From assembly GCA_963717935.1 (NCBI GenBank), contig CAVQXP010000004.1:224001-288000 (forward strand): a stretch of 64,000 nt of DNA, written 5' to 3'. This stretch comes from Candidatus Eiseniibacteriota bacterium. GTDB taxonomy: Bacteria; Eisenbacteria; RBG-16-71-46. The position numbers and the translations under genes were made by a program. The notes under the pieces are model-generated. The model searched no databases, was not told where the DNA came from, and worked only from the letters and a program-made list of their open reading frames with translations. Positions 21,125 to 31,091 of this stretch are shown here, in pieces. Positions within the stretch are counted from its first letter, which is position 1; every line of letters begins with the position of its first letter.

Positions 21125-21865
21125 TCAGGAGCCGTCGGTCGCGACTTCCCCACGAGCCCCGTCAAGCCGGACCCGTACCTCTCCGTGGTTGTCGGCGATG
21201 TGTTCCAGCAGCGCCCAGATGAAGACGATGGCGCCCGCCATCTCGAGGCTCTCCTCGACGGTCGCCACGATCATGTACGGCACCCTGTAGTCGGGCGATG
21301 GAGCGCAGCAGCCCCCGATCAACTCGAGACCGATGGCCCCTCCGACGTAGAGGATCGCAGCCATCAGGAACCGGAGTCTCGTCTTCACAGGGAGGTGCAG
21401 CAGGAATTTCAGGAAGACCACCGCCAGAACGACCACAAGTGCGATGCCAGGAACGACCCAGGCAAGACGAAAGACGCCGGAAGCGCCATCGCCCAACAGC
21501 CTGGCTGCGGGTCTGGTCAGCATCTCGTGAAGGGCGACCGCCTCATCGACGGCCATGAACAGGAATCCGAATGAAAGGGCCACCCAATGTGAAACGTAGG
21601 CAGCCTTCCGGCGTCTCTCCAACACGGCGATCGCCGCAAGGAGCAACGCTGCGGAGAGCAGCAACAGCGTGGAGAAGCAGGTCGGGAGGCTCATTTCTGC
21701 ATCGACGTTGAAGAACCGGACGAGCCCGCAAAGACAGTCATGCCCGGTCAGGAAGACTGTCACCTGCATCGCAACGCTGGCAAGAACCAGAAGAACGGCC
21801 ACCGCCCCCAGCGCGCGAGCGATTGCAGCCGGGTTCAGTGCTATCTGGCCAACTGGCGGCTCCAT
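21125..21865 (-). CDS. Hypothetical multi-pass membrane protein (cassette-like)
   Basis: About six TM segments, conserved-looking AVDEAVALHE and VEESLEM; visibly more A/T-rich codons than its neighbours. Confidence 0.8.
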   Translation of the reverse strand: MEPPVGQIALNPAAIARALGAVAVLLVLASVAMQVTVFLTGHDCLCGLVRFFNVDAEMSLPTCFSTLLLLSAALLLAAIAVLERRRKAAYVSHWVALSFGFLFMAVDEAVALHEMLTRPAARLLGDGASGVFRLAWVVPGIALVVVLAVVFLKFLLHLPVKTRLRFLMAAILYVGGAIGLELIGGCCAPSPDYRVPYMIVATVEESLEMAGAIVFIWALLEHIADNHGEVRVRLDGARGEVATDGS

Positions 21866-22205
21866 GAGTGCTTCTCCTGCTGTTGGTCGGGCCTAACGCA
21901 AGTCAGACGGTCCCGCGCAGCCGGATGCCGGCTCCCGCGTGGCAGCGCGACGGCACTCGAGCGGCGGCGGGACGACGGGACGGCCCACGCCCGGCGTCGG
22001 GCCCTCGCGCGCGAGGGCGGGGGTGGGCGGGGACACGCGATGCGGATCCTGTCCGAGGCAGGCCGCGGCTGGCATCGATCCTCCACGTCGGGGCTTGACG
22101 AGGCGGATTGCTCAAGCGGCGAGTATCTACCCGGGCGCGGTCACCGGACAAGGAACATCGGGGATGTGGTTGTGATTCGCGGCGTTGGGTCCACCACGCG
22201 TCACC

Positions 22206-23777
22206 TCAGTATCCCGGCAGCCGCATCATCACGCCCGGCCCGATGGGCCAGTGCAGCCAGTAGAACACCAGCAGCAGCGCCGTCCACGACACCAGGAAGG
22301 CGATCGAGTAGGGCAGCATCATCGAGATGAGCGTGCCCGCCCCGGCCTTCGGGTCGTAGCGCCGGGCCGCCACGATGAGGATTGGCAGGTAGGGGAAACA
22401 GGGCGTGATGATGTTCACCACGGATGCCCCGATGCGGAAGACGACCTGGGTGCACTCGGGGGTGAAGCCGAGCATGGCGAACATCGGCACGAACACCGGG
22501 GCCATCATGGCCCACTTGGCCGAGGCCGAGGTGATGAAGAAGTCCAGCGAGGCCGAGAAGAGGATCAGCCCCACCAGCAGCGGCGCGCCGTGGAAGCCCA
22601 TGCCCTTGAGGAAGCGCGCGCCCGAGATGGCGACGATGCCGCCGAGGTTCGACCAGCCGAAGAAGGCGATGAACTGCGCGGCGGTGAAGGCGAGCACGAT
22701 GTAGGTGCCCATGGTCGCGAGCGTGTCGCCGGTCATCCTCGTGACGTCGCGGTCACTGCGGATCTGCCCCGAGGCGATGCCAAACGTGAGCCCGGGGATG
22801 AAGAAGAGCAGCATGATGAGGACGATGATGCTGTCGAAGAACGGCTTGGCCTGCTCCAGGACCGTCGCCCCGGGGCCGCGCAGCGGCGCCCAGGCCGGCA
22901 GCACGAGCACCAGGAAGAGCGCCACGGTCAGCGCCAGGGCCAGGCCCGCGGCCCGCAGCCCGCGGCGCTCCGCGCGCGAGACCTCTCCGAGCGCGTGCGC
23001 GTCCGGCGGGGCGCCCGGCGCGGGCTTCCAGGGCCCGAGCCGCGGCTCGACGAAGCGGTGCGTGACCCAGGTCCCGACCACGGTGAGTACCGGGGCCGTG
23101 ACCGCGAGGAAGAAGTAGTTGCCCAGCACCTGCGGCTCGTAGCCCGGCAGCAGCTTCGAGGCCCTGGTCGCCTCCTGCGTGAACCCGATGAGCAGGACGT
23201 CGAGCGGCGACGGCAGCACGTTCGCGCTGAAGGCGCCGCCGACCCCCGCGAAGGCCGCCGCGAGGCCCACCAGGGGATTGCGCCCGGCGGCGGCGAACAG
23301 CATCGCGGCGATGGGCGGCAGGATGATCACGCCGGCGTCGGCAGCGAGGTGCGCGAGCATCCCCGCGAAGATCACGGCCGCGGTGAGCAGCGTGGGCGGC
23401 ATGCTGGTCACGAAAGTCCGCAGCGACAGCGTGATGAGCCCGGTCTTCTCGGCGACGCCGACGCCCATCATCGCCACCAGCACGATGCCGAGCGGCGCGA
23501 AACCCATGAAATTCCTCACCGCCTCGGTGAAGATGCGCCGCAGCCCATCGCGGTCGAGCAGGTTGACGGCCGCGATGACCGAGCCGTCGCGGGGGTGGAC
23601 GACCGTGACCCCGAGGCGCGCGGTGATCCACGAGGCGACGAGGACGAGCCCCGCCAGGATCAGGAAGATCGTGATGGGATCGGGCAACCGGTTGCCGACG
23701 CGCTCGATGGCGTCGAGCGCGCGGGTGAATGCAGGTCGGCGCGGGAGCTTCGACGGGCTGGGGCGGCGCTCGCTCAT
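22206..23777 (-). CDS. AbgT family transporter
   Basis: IERVGNRLPDPITIF, NFMGFAPLG, GGAFSAN, SASAKWAMMAPVFVPMF, GTLISMMLPYS. Confidence 0.92.
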   Translation of the reverse strand: MSERRPSPSKLPRRPAFTRALDAIERVGNRLPDPITIFLILAGLVLVASWITARLGVTVVHPRDGSVIAAVNLLDRDGLRRIFTEAVRNFMGFAPLGIVLVAMMGVGVAEKTGLITLSLRTFVTSMPPTLLTAAVIFAGMLAHLAADAGVIILPPIAAMLFAAAGRNPLVGLAAAFAGVGGAFSANVLPSPLDVLLIGFTQEATRASKLLPGYEPQVLGNYFFLAVTAPVLTVVGTWVTHRFVEPRLGPWKPAPGAPPDAHALGEVSRAERRGLRAAGLALALTVALFLVLVLPAWAPLRGPGATVLEQAKPFFDSIIVLIMLLFFIPGLTFGIASGQIRSDRDVTRMTGDTLATMGTYIVLAFTAAQFIAFFGWSNLGGIVAISGARFLKGMGFHGAPLLVGLILFSASLDFFITSASAKWAMMAPVFVPMFAMLGFTPECTQVVFRIGASVVNIITPCFPYLPILIVAARRYDPKAGAGTLISMMLPYSIAFLVSWTALLLVFYWLHWPIGPGVMMRLPGY

Positions 23778-23868
23778 CGCGGATTCCTGGGGCGGACTCC
23801 CGAGGTTGTCAGAGGGCGCAGATTGGAGCAGGCTGCCGCTTTCCGCAAGCCCGAAAGGAGTCCGCTCC

Positions 23869-25020
23869 ATGCTCTGCATGCGTTTCGCGCCGACACTGTC
23901 CCTGGTGCTCGCGCTCTGCCCACCTGTGTTCGCGCAGGCCGCCCTGCAGCCGCAGGCTGCGGCCCCGCCCACGCTCGAGCAGGTCCGCGCGGGCATGAAC
24001 ATCCCGTCGCTCTCGCTGGATCTGCGCGGGCAGATGGATTCTGTCGGCTTCGCCTCGACCGCCACGCAGATGGCGAAGGTCTGGGAGCTTTCGGCCACGC
24101 CGCCCGCGCCCGACTCGTTCGGCGTGCGCCCTGCGCCGGGCGTGGCCGCGGTCATCTGCCCGCACGACGACTACCTCTATGCCGGCCGCGTCTATCGCAG
24201 CGTGCTGCCGCTCATCACCGCGCGCACGGTCGTGCTGGTGGGCGTCTTCCACCGCTACCGACGCTTCGGTGCGCACGACCGGCTGGTCTTCGACAAGTAC
24301 CGGACCTGGCGCACGCCCGACGGGCCGGTGCCGGTCTCGAGCCTGCGCGAGGCGCTCCTCTCCCACCTGTCGCCCGACGACTTCGTGCAGAGCACGGCCA
24401 TGCACGATTCCGAGCACTCGCTCGAGGCGCTGGTCTACTGGCTCAGGCACCTCCGCCCTGACCTGGAGATCCTGCCCATCCTCGTCCCGGCGTCGAAGTT
24501 CGACCGCCTCGAGGAACTGGCCGGTCATCTCGCCGCAGCGCTCGGCACCACCCTGATGGCGCACGACTGGCAGTTGGGGCGCGACGTGGCCATCGCGATC
24601 TCGACCGACGGCGTGCACTACGGGCCGGACTTCAAGTACGTGCCCTACGGCGACGGCGGGATCGCGGCCTACCAGAAGGCGACGGAGAGGGACCGCGCGC
24701 TCCTCGCCGGGCCGTTGAGCGGCACGCTGACCGCCGGGAAGGTGCGCGGGCTGTACGCGACCTTCGTCAACCCCGAGGACCCGGACGAGTACCGCCTGAC
24801 GTGGTGCGGCCGCTTCGCCGTGCCGTTCGGGCTGCTCCTGCTCGAGCGCATGTCCCGTGACCTGGGCCCGCTCACCGGCCGCCCGCTTGCGTACGCCACG
24901 TCGGTCGGCTGGCCCGAGTTGCCCGTGCGCGACCTCGGTCTGGGCGCCACCGCACCGGCCAGCCTCTACCACTTCGTCTCGTACCCGGCGGTGGCATTCA
25001 CCTTCGGGCGTGTGAAGTAG
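23869..25020 (+). CDS. MEMO1 family protein (AmmeMemoRadiSam protein B-like) with predicted signal peptide
   Basis: ICPHDDYLYAG, WRTPDG, EHSLE, STDGVHYG, TWCG, VSY; AAAGGAG RBS. Confidence 0.8.
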   Translation: MLCMRFAPTLSLVLALCPPVFAQAALQPQAAAPPTLEQVRAGMNIPSLSLDLRGQMDSVGFASTATQMAKVWELSATPPAPDSFGVRPAPGVAAVICPHDDYLYAGRVYRSVLPLITARTVVLVGVFHRYRRFGAHDRLVFDKYRTWRTPDGPVPVSSLREALLSHLSPDDFVQSTAMHDSEHSLEALVYWLRHLRPDLEILPILVPASKFDRLEELAGHLAAALGTTLMAHDWQLGRDVAIAISTDGVHYGPDFKYVPYGDGGIAAYQKATERDRALLAGPLSGTLTAGKVRGLYATFVNPEDPDEYRLTWCGRFAVPFGLLLLERMSRDLGPLTGRPLAYATSVGWPELPVRDLGLGATAPASLYHFVSYPAVAFTFGRVK

Positions 25021-25166
25021 CGCCGGTGGACGGGCACGGGGCGGGGCGGGCCCCGCCTCGTCGCCCCGGTACCCGCGTTCGTCGCGATCGGGTCGGTGCC
25101 CCGGGCGAGGCGGGCTACGGTCACCGGGCATCGCGCCATCCCACTCCCACCCGACGAGGCAACCTC

Positions 25167-27206
25167 ATGACGCTCCGCCTGCTCCGCTTCGCCTGTGCAC
25201 TCGCCCTTCTGGCCCTCTGCCTGCCCGCCCTCGCGGCGGCGCAGACGCACGGGCCGCAGCGCGCCTACATGGACACCACCTGCGCACCCTGCAGGGACTT
25301 CTTCCAGTACGCCAACGGCACCTGGCTCGCCACGGTGCAGATCCCGCCCTCCTACCCCGCCATCGGCATGGGCAGGGAGATCTTCGACCGTAACCAGGCG
25401 ACGCTCACCCGGTTGCTCGGACGGCTGGCCTCCGAAGCCGACCAGCAGAAGGACGCCACGCTGCAGAAGGTCGGCTGGCTCTACGCGGCGCTCATGGACT
25501 CGGCCCGCGCCGACCGCGACGGGCTCGCGCCCGTCCAGGAGGATCTCGCACGGATCGACGCCCTCCGCACGAAGGAGGACCTCCGCCGCGAGTTCGCGAG
25601 GGTGAGCGGCTACTCGCCGTTCGTGTTCGCCACCGAGGCGGACCCCGGGCAGAGCACCATGAACATCGGCCAGGTGTCACAGGGCGGTCTCGGACTGCCC
25701 GACCGCGACTACTACTTCCGCACCGATCCCAGGTCCGAGGACCTGCGGCAGTTCTACGTGGGCCACGTCGCGCGCGTGCTGGTGCTCGAGGGGATGGCGC
25801 CCGAACAGGCGAAGGACGCGGCCGACCGGATCATGAAGCTCGAGACCGCGCTGGCCGAGTCGTCGCTCTCCGTCACGGAGCAGCGCGAGCCCGAGAAGCT
25901 CTACCACAAGATGACGGTGAAGCAGCTTCAGGCGCTGGCTCCGGCGATCGACTGGGTGGCGTTCTTCGGCGAGTCCGGCGTGAAGACGATGGCCCGCCCG
26001 GCCGCGCCGGTGGACGTCTCGATGCCGGCGTTCATGCGCCAGCTGAGCGGCCTGATCGAGAGCACGCCCATCGAGGACTGGCGCGCCTACCTGCGCTACC
26101 ACACCCTGCACGGCGAGCTGCCGTGGCTGGGGCAGGCCGCCTACGACGAGGCGTTCTCGTTCCTCTCGAGGCTGTCGGGACAGAAGGTGCCCAGCCCGCG
26201 CTGGAAGCGCGCCGTGAGCGCCGTGGACGGCGCCATGGGCGAGGCCCTGGGCAAGGCCTACGTCGAGACGGAGTTCCCGCCGTCGTCCAAGGCGCGCATG
26301 GTCGAGCTGGTGGACAACCTCCAGGCGGCGCTGAAGGAGCGCATCGAGACGCGGCCCTGGATGAGCGCCGCGACCAGGAAACAGGCGCTCGCGAAGTTGA
26401 GCACGACGCTCCGGAAGATCGGCTATCCGGACAAGTGGCTCGACTACTCTCCGCTGAAGATCGACCCGCGGGAGTCCGCCGCCGCCGGCCTGCGCCGGGC
26501 GCAGGAGTTCGAGCGCATGCGGCAGCTGGCCAAGATCGGCAAGCGCGTGGACCGCAACGAATGGCAGATGACCGCGGCCACGGTGAACGCCTACTACAAC
26601 CCGCCGACCAACGAGATCTGTTTCCCCGCCGGCATCCTGCAACCGCCCATGTTCGACCCGAAGGCGGACGACGCTGCGAACTACGGCGCCATCGGCGCCG
26701 TGATCGGGCACGAGCTGACGCACGGTTTCGACGACCAGGGCCGCAAGTACGACGCCAAGGGGAACCTCAGGGACTGGTGGACCCCGGAGGATGGCCGGGA
26801 GTTCGAGGCGCGCACCCAGAAGCTCGTGGACCAGTACAACGGCTACATCGCCGAGGACACCCTGCACGTGAACGGCAAGTTCACGCTGGGCGAGAACCTG
26901 GGCGACCTGGGCGGCGTCACCGTCGCCTACCACGCCTGGAAGCTCTCGCTCAAGGGCAAGCCGGCGCCACAGGCGGTCGAGGGCTTCACGTCCGAGCAGC
27001 GCTTCTTCCTCAGCTTCGCGCAGATCTGGCGGAACGTGTACCGCCCCGAACTGACGCGGCTCATCTCCCTGACCGACCCGCACTCGCTGCCGCACTGGCG
27101 GGTCGTCGGTCCGCTGGGGAACATCCCCGAGTTCGCGCAGGCGTTCGGCTGCCAGCCCGGCGACCCGATGCTGATCACTCCGGAGAAGCGCACCGACGTC
27201 TGGTAG
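25167..27206 (+). CDS. M13 family zinc metallopeptidase (PepO/neprilysin-like), secreted
   Basis: DFFQYANG, KIGYPDKW, VNAYY, GHELTHGFD, GENLGD, TDPHS. Confidence 0.95.
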   Translation: MTLRLLRFACALALLALCLPALAAAQTHGPQRAYMDTTCAPCRDFFQYANGTWLATVQIPPSYPAIGMGREIFDRNQATLTRLLGRLASEADQQKDATLQKVGWLYAALMDSARADRDGLAPVQEDLARIDALRTKEDLRREFARVSGYSPFVFATEADPGQSTMNIGQVSQGGLGLPDRDYYFRTDPRSEDLRQFYVGHVARVLVLEGMAPEQAKDAADRIMKLETALAESSLSVTEQREPEKLYHKMTVKQLQALAPAIDWVAFFGESGVKTMARPAAPVDVSMPAFMRQLSGLIESTPIEDWRAYLRYHTLHGELPWLGQAAYDEAFSFLSRLSGQKVPSPRWKRAVSAVDGAMGEALGKAYVETEFPPSSKARMVELVDNLQAALKERIETRPWMSAATRKQALAKLSTTLRKIGYPDKWLDYSPLKIDPRESAAAGLRRAQEFERMRQLAKIGKRVDRNEWQMTAATVNAYYNPPTNEICFPAGILQPPMFDPKADDAANYGAIGAVIGHELTHGFDDQGRKYDAKGNLRDWWTPEDGREFEARTQKLVDQYNGYIAEDTLHVNGKFTLGENLGDLGGVTVAYHAWKLSLKGKPAPQAVEGFTSEQRFFLSFAQIWRNVYRPELTRLISLTDPHSLPHWRVVGPLGNIPEFAQAFGCQPGDPMLITPEKRTDVW

Positions 27207-27243
27207 AGGCCCGCCGCCCGGCCGGGCGACGCAGGCGCGGCCC

Positions 27244-27500
27244 GGGGAATCGGGAGCACCGCCAGGATACGGCGCGCGCGCCCCCGAGGTTCGGTCCCGG
27301 CACGCCGCACGCCGAGCACGCGCCGGGGCGCGGGACACGGAGCCCGCAGCGGGGGTCCCGGCCCCGGCCGACGCAGGATGCGGCGGCCGGGGGATTGCCG
27401 GGGAGCGAGCACCGCCAGGATGGCGGCGCGCAGCGTCCCCGCGGAGGGTTTCGTGTCGCACGGCACGCCGCCCACGCACGAGCACGCGACGAGCACGCGG
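27244..27500 (+). repeat. Two degenerate intergenic direct repeats of about 90-100 bp
   Basis: GAGCACCGCCAGGAT..GGCGCGC...CGGCACGCCGC..CGAGCACGCG occurs at about 27250-27325 and 27405-27500. Confidence 0.5.
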
Positions 27501-27514
27501 CGGCCACGCGACCG

Positions 27515-27543
27515 TTGACGCCCTCCAGCGCGGTCATTATGGT
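27515..27543 (+). promoter_or_regulatory. Putative sigma70 promoter for the permease pair
   Basis: TTGACG-17 nt-TATGGT. Confidence 0.5.
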
Positions 27544-27650
27544 CTGCTCGCCCTCATGGGACCCGCGGTCTCGGCCGGCCCGAGCCCGGCCGTGAACCGC
27601 GAGGCGATTCTGCTGTCCGGCGCTCACGCAGAAGCCATCCGGGAGCCTTC

Positions 27651-29153
27651 ATGGCCAATCCGCTCTTCGCCACCAAACCGCTCAGCCTGTTGCTCGAGGA
27701 GATGAGGGGGGAGAACCGGCTTCGCCGCGTCCTTGGCCCCATCCAGCTCACCAGTCTCGGCGTCGGCGCCGTCATCGGGGCCGGCATCTTCGTGGCCACC
27801 GGCGCGGCCGCCCACAACGTGGCTGGCCCCGCGTTGATGCTCTCCTACGTGATCGCGGGCATCACCTGCATCTTCGCCGCGCTCTGCTACGCCGAGTTCG
27901 CCTCGATGGTCCCGGTCGCCGGCTCGGCCTACACCTACGCCTACGCCACGCTCGGGGAGCTGTTCGCCTGGATCATCGGCTGGGACCTGGTGCTGGAATA
28001 CGCCGTCGGCAGCGCGACCGTGGCCACGGGCTGGTCGGGCTACTTCCAGAACGTCCTGCTCAAGCTGAACTACCAGCTTCCGCTGGCCCTGCGCGAGTCC
28101 CCGTGGAAGTACGACGTCACGACCGGGGACTTCATCGCCACGAACTCGATGATCAACCTGCCCGCCATCATCATCGTCTGCATCGTCACGGCGGTCCTGG
28201 TGAAGGGGATCCAGGAGAGCGCGAACTTCAACGCCACCATGGTGGGCATCAAGCTGGCGGCGGTGCTGTTCGTCATCGGGGTCGGCGTGTTCTATCTCAA
28301 TCCCGCGAACTGGCATCCGTTCGCGCCCTACGGCTGGACCGGCGTGGGCTTCTTCGGCCACCACGTGGCGGGCCAGACCGACCCGCAGGGGGCGCCGATC
28401 GGCATGCTCGCGGGCGCGGCGATCATCTTCTTCGCCTACATCGGGTTCGACTCGGTCTCGACCCACGCCGAGGAGGCGCGCGTGCCGCAGCGCGACGTGC
28501 CGATCGGCATCATCGCGTCGCTCCTGATCTGCACCGTCCTCTACATCCTCGTGGTCGCCATCCTCACCGGCATGGTGCGCTACGACCAGCTCGACACCGC
28601 CGCCCCGGTCAGCATGGCATTCCGCCATGTGGGGCTGGGATGGGCCGAGGCCATCATCGCCACGGCCGGCGTGGCCGGCATCACCTCGGTGCTGCTCGTG
28701 ATGATGCTGTCCGGCCCCCGCGTGTTCCTGGCGATGGCGCGCGACGGCCTCGTCCCCAGGAGCTTCTTCGGCGCCGTGCACCCGCGGTTCCGGACCCCGT
28801 ACAAGACCACGATGCTGATCGGCGCGTTCGTCGCGGTCCTTGCGGGCCTGCTGCCGATCGACGCCCTCCTGCACCTGACCAACATCGGCACGCTGCTCGC
28901 CTTCGTGATCGTGTGCACGGCCGTGCTGATCATGCGCTACACGCATCCCGAGGCGGAGCGGCCGTTCCGGGCCCCGCTGGTCCCGCTGGTGCCCATCCTC
29001 GGCATCCTGTCCTGCCTGATGCTCATGTTCTCGCTGCCCGTCGCCAACTGGTGGCGGCTGTTCGCCTGGCTGGGGATCGGCTTCGTCATCTACTTCGCCT
29101 ACGGCCGGCGCCACAGCGTCATGGCGAAGGCCCGGGCCGCCACCGGGCGCTGA
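27651..29153 (+). CDS. APC family amino acid permease (cationic amino acid transporter-like)
   Basis: LGVGAVIGAGIF, LCYAEFASMVPVAGSAYTY, FAYIGFD, AMARDGL. Confidence 0.93.
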   Translation: MANPLFATKPLSLLLEEMRGENRLRRVLGPIQLTSLGVGAVIGAGIFVATGAAAHNVAGPALMLSYVIAGITCIFAALCYAEFASMVPVAGSAYTYAYATLGELFAWIIGWDLVLEYAVGSATVATGWSGYFQNVLLKLNYQLPLALRESPWKYDVTTGDFIATNSMINLPAIIIVCIVTAVLVKGIQESANFNATMVGIKLAAVLFVIGVGVFYLNPANWHPFAPYGWTGVGFFGHHVAGQTDPQGAPIGMLAGAAIIFFAYIGFDSVSTHAEEARVPQRDVPIGIIASLLICTVLYILVVAILTGMVRYDQLDTAAPVSMAFRHVGLGWAEAIIATAGVAGITSVLLVMMLSGPRVFLAMARDGLVPRSFFGAVHPRFRTPYKTTMLIGAFVAVLAGLLPIDALLHLTNIGTLLAFVIVCTAVLIMRYTHPEAERPFRAPLVPLVPILGILSCLMLMFSLPVANWWRLFAWLGIGFVIYFAYGRRHSVMAKARAATGR

Positions 29154-29160
29154 GGCCGCC

Positions 29161-30624
29161 GTGGAGACCGTCCGCGAGTTCAAGCGCGAGCTGCGGCTGC
29201 TCGACTCGACGATGATCGTGATCGGATCCATGATCGGATCCGGGATCTTCATCGTCAGCGCCGACATCGGCCGCACCGTCGGGGGCCCGGGCTGGATGCT
29301 GATGTCCTGGCTCGTCGCCGGGGTCATCACGGTCATCGGCGCGCTCTCCTACGGCGAGCTGGCCGGCATGATGCCGCGCGCCGGCGGCCAGTACGTCTAC
29401 CTGCGCGAGGCGTACAACCCGCTCGTCGCATTCCTCTACGGCTGGACCCTGTTCACAGTGATCCAGACCGGCACGATCGCGGCCGTGGCCGTGGCCTTCG
29501 CCAAATTCACGGCCGTGCTCGTCCCCGCGCTGGGCGAGGACGTCTTGCTGTTCGACGCCGGGCTCTTCAAGGTGACCGCCGCACGCGTGGTGGCCATCGC
29601 GAGCATCGTCCTGCTCACCACGGTCAACCGCCACGGGCTGCACGGCGGCCGGCTGGTCCAGAACGTCTTCACGCTCACCAAGACCATCGCCGTGCTCGGC
29701 CTCATCACGCTGGGGCTCGCGCTCGGGAGCAATGCGCAGGCCGTCGCCGCGAACTTCGGCGACTTCTGGCGCGCGAGCTGGACGCACGTCTCCGCAGGCG
29801 CGGTCACCTCGGTGGAGCCCCTCGCGGGCCTCGCGCTGCTCGGGGCCCTCGGCGCCTCGATGGTCGGCTCGCTCTTCGCCAGCGACGCCTGGAACAACAT
29901 CACGTTCACGGCCGGCGAGGTGGTCGAGCCGAAGCGGAACGTCCCGCTGAGCCTCGCGCTGGGGACCGGCACGGTCGTCCTGCTCTACCTGCTGGCGAAC
30001 CTCGCCTACATCCGGATGCTGCCCGTGGAGGGCGTGCCCGGCGCGCCCGACGTGCTCGGGCGCGGCATCCAGTTCGCGACCTCCGACCGCGTCGGCGTGG
30101 CCGCCGCGACCATGCTCTTCGGCGCGCCGGCCGCGGTCTTCATGGCCGCGCTCATCATGGTCTCGACCTTCGGGTGCAACAACGGCCTCATCCTGGCGGG
30201 CGCGCGCGTCTACTACGCGATGGCGCGGGACGGGCTCTTCTTCGCGAGGGCGGGGCTGCTGAACCGCAAGGCGGTCCCGGGCGCGGCGCTGGTCGTGCAG
30301 GCCGTCTGGGCGAGCCTGCTCTGCCTCACCGGCACCTACGGCAACCTGCTCGATTACGTCATCTTCGCGGTGCTGATCTTCTACGGCCTCACGGTCGCGG
30401 GGCTCTTCGTCCTGCGGCGGAAGCGGCCCGACGCCGAGCGGCCCTACCGCGCCTTCGGCTACCCGGTCGTGCCGGCGCTCTACATCCTGGCCGCGGCGGC
30501 GATCGCGGTGGACCTGCTCATCCTCAAGCCCGCCTACACCTGGCCCGGGCTCGGGATCGTCCTGCTCGGCGTGCCGGTGTATCTCGCGTGGACAAGGACG
30601 ACGAGGACCCGGACGGGAGCCTGA
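29161..30624 (+). CDS. APC family amino acid permease (LAT/SteT-like)
   Basis: GSMIGSGIF, YGELAGMMPRAGGQYVYL, DAWNN, YAMARDGLF, RPYRAFGYP. Confidence 0.93.
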   Translation: METVREFKRELRLLDSTMIVIGSMIGSGIFIVSADIGRTVGGPGWMLMSWLVAGVITVIGALSYGELAGMMPRAGGQYVYLREAYNPLVAFLYGWTLFTVIQTGTIAAVAVAFAKFTAVLVPALGEDVLLFDAGLFKVTAARVVAIASIVLLTTVNRHGLHGGRLVQNVFTLTKTIAVLGLITLGLALGSNAQAVAANFGDFWRASWTHVSAGAVTSVEPLAGLALLGALGASMVGSLFASDAWNNITFTAGEVVEPKRNVPLSLALGTGTVVLLYLLANLAYIRMLPVEGVPGAPDVLGRGIQFATSDRVGVAAATMLFGAPAAVFMAALIMVSTFGCNNGLILAGARVYYAMARDGLFFARAGLLNRKAVPGAALVVQAVWASLLCLTGTYGNLLDYVIFAVLIFYGLTVAGLFVLRRKRPDAERPYRAFGYPVVPALYILAAAAIAVDLLILKPAYTWPGLGIVLLGVPVYLAWTRTTRTRTGA

Positions 30625-30645
30625 CGGCGCCCCCGGGGCGCGGCA

Positions 30646-30990
30646 CTAGCCTGGCGGCCACCTCAACTGGCGTCCGCCGAACAGGTGGACGTGGAGGTGG
30701 TAGACGGACTGGCCGGCCTCCGGCCCCACGTTCGTGACCAGGCGCCACCCCAGGTCGAGCCGCTCGTCGCGCGCGATCTTCGCGGCCAGTCCGAACAGCT
30801 CCGTCAGCATGACGGCGTGCTGCGGGCCCAGGTCGGCCGCCGAGTCGGCGACGTGTTCCTTGGGGATCAGCAGGACGTGGGTCGGCGTCTGGGGGTTGTT
30901 GTCACGGAAGGCGTAGACATGCGTGGTCTCGCCCACCTTCTTCGCGGGGATCCTGCCCGCGGCGATCTCGCAGAAGATGCAGTCGGACAC
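30646..30990 (-). CDS. HIT (histidine triad) family nucleotide-binding protein
   Basis: DCIFCEI, PTHVLLIPK, GQSVYHLHVHLFGGR, WPPG. Confidence 0.93.
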   Translation of the reverse strand: MSDCIFCEIAAGRIPAKKVGETTHVYAFRDNNPQTPTHVLLIPKEHVADSAADLGPQHAVMLTELFGLAAKIARDERLDLGWRLVTNVGPEAGQSVYHLHVHLFGGRQLRWPPG

Positions 30991-31091
30991 CGGAGTCTCC
31001 TTCAGGTCGGATTCGAGCCGGGCTCGACCATATCATCTCGCGCCTCGGGCAACGAAGGGGCGCGGCGCTTCCAGCCGCCTCGCGGGCGGGA

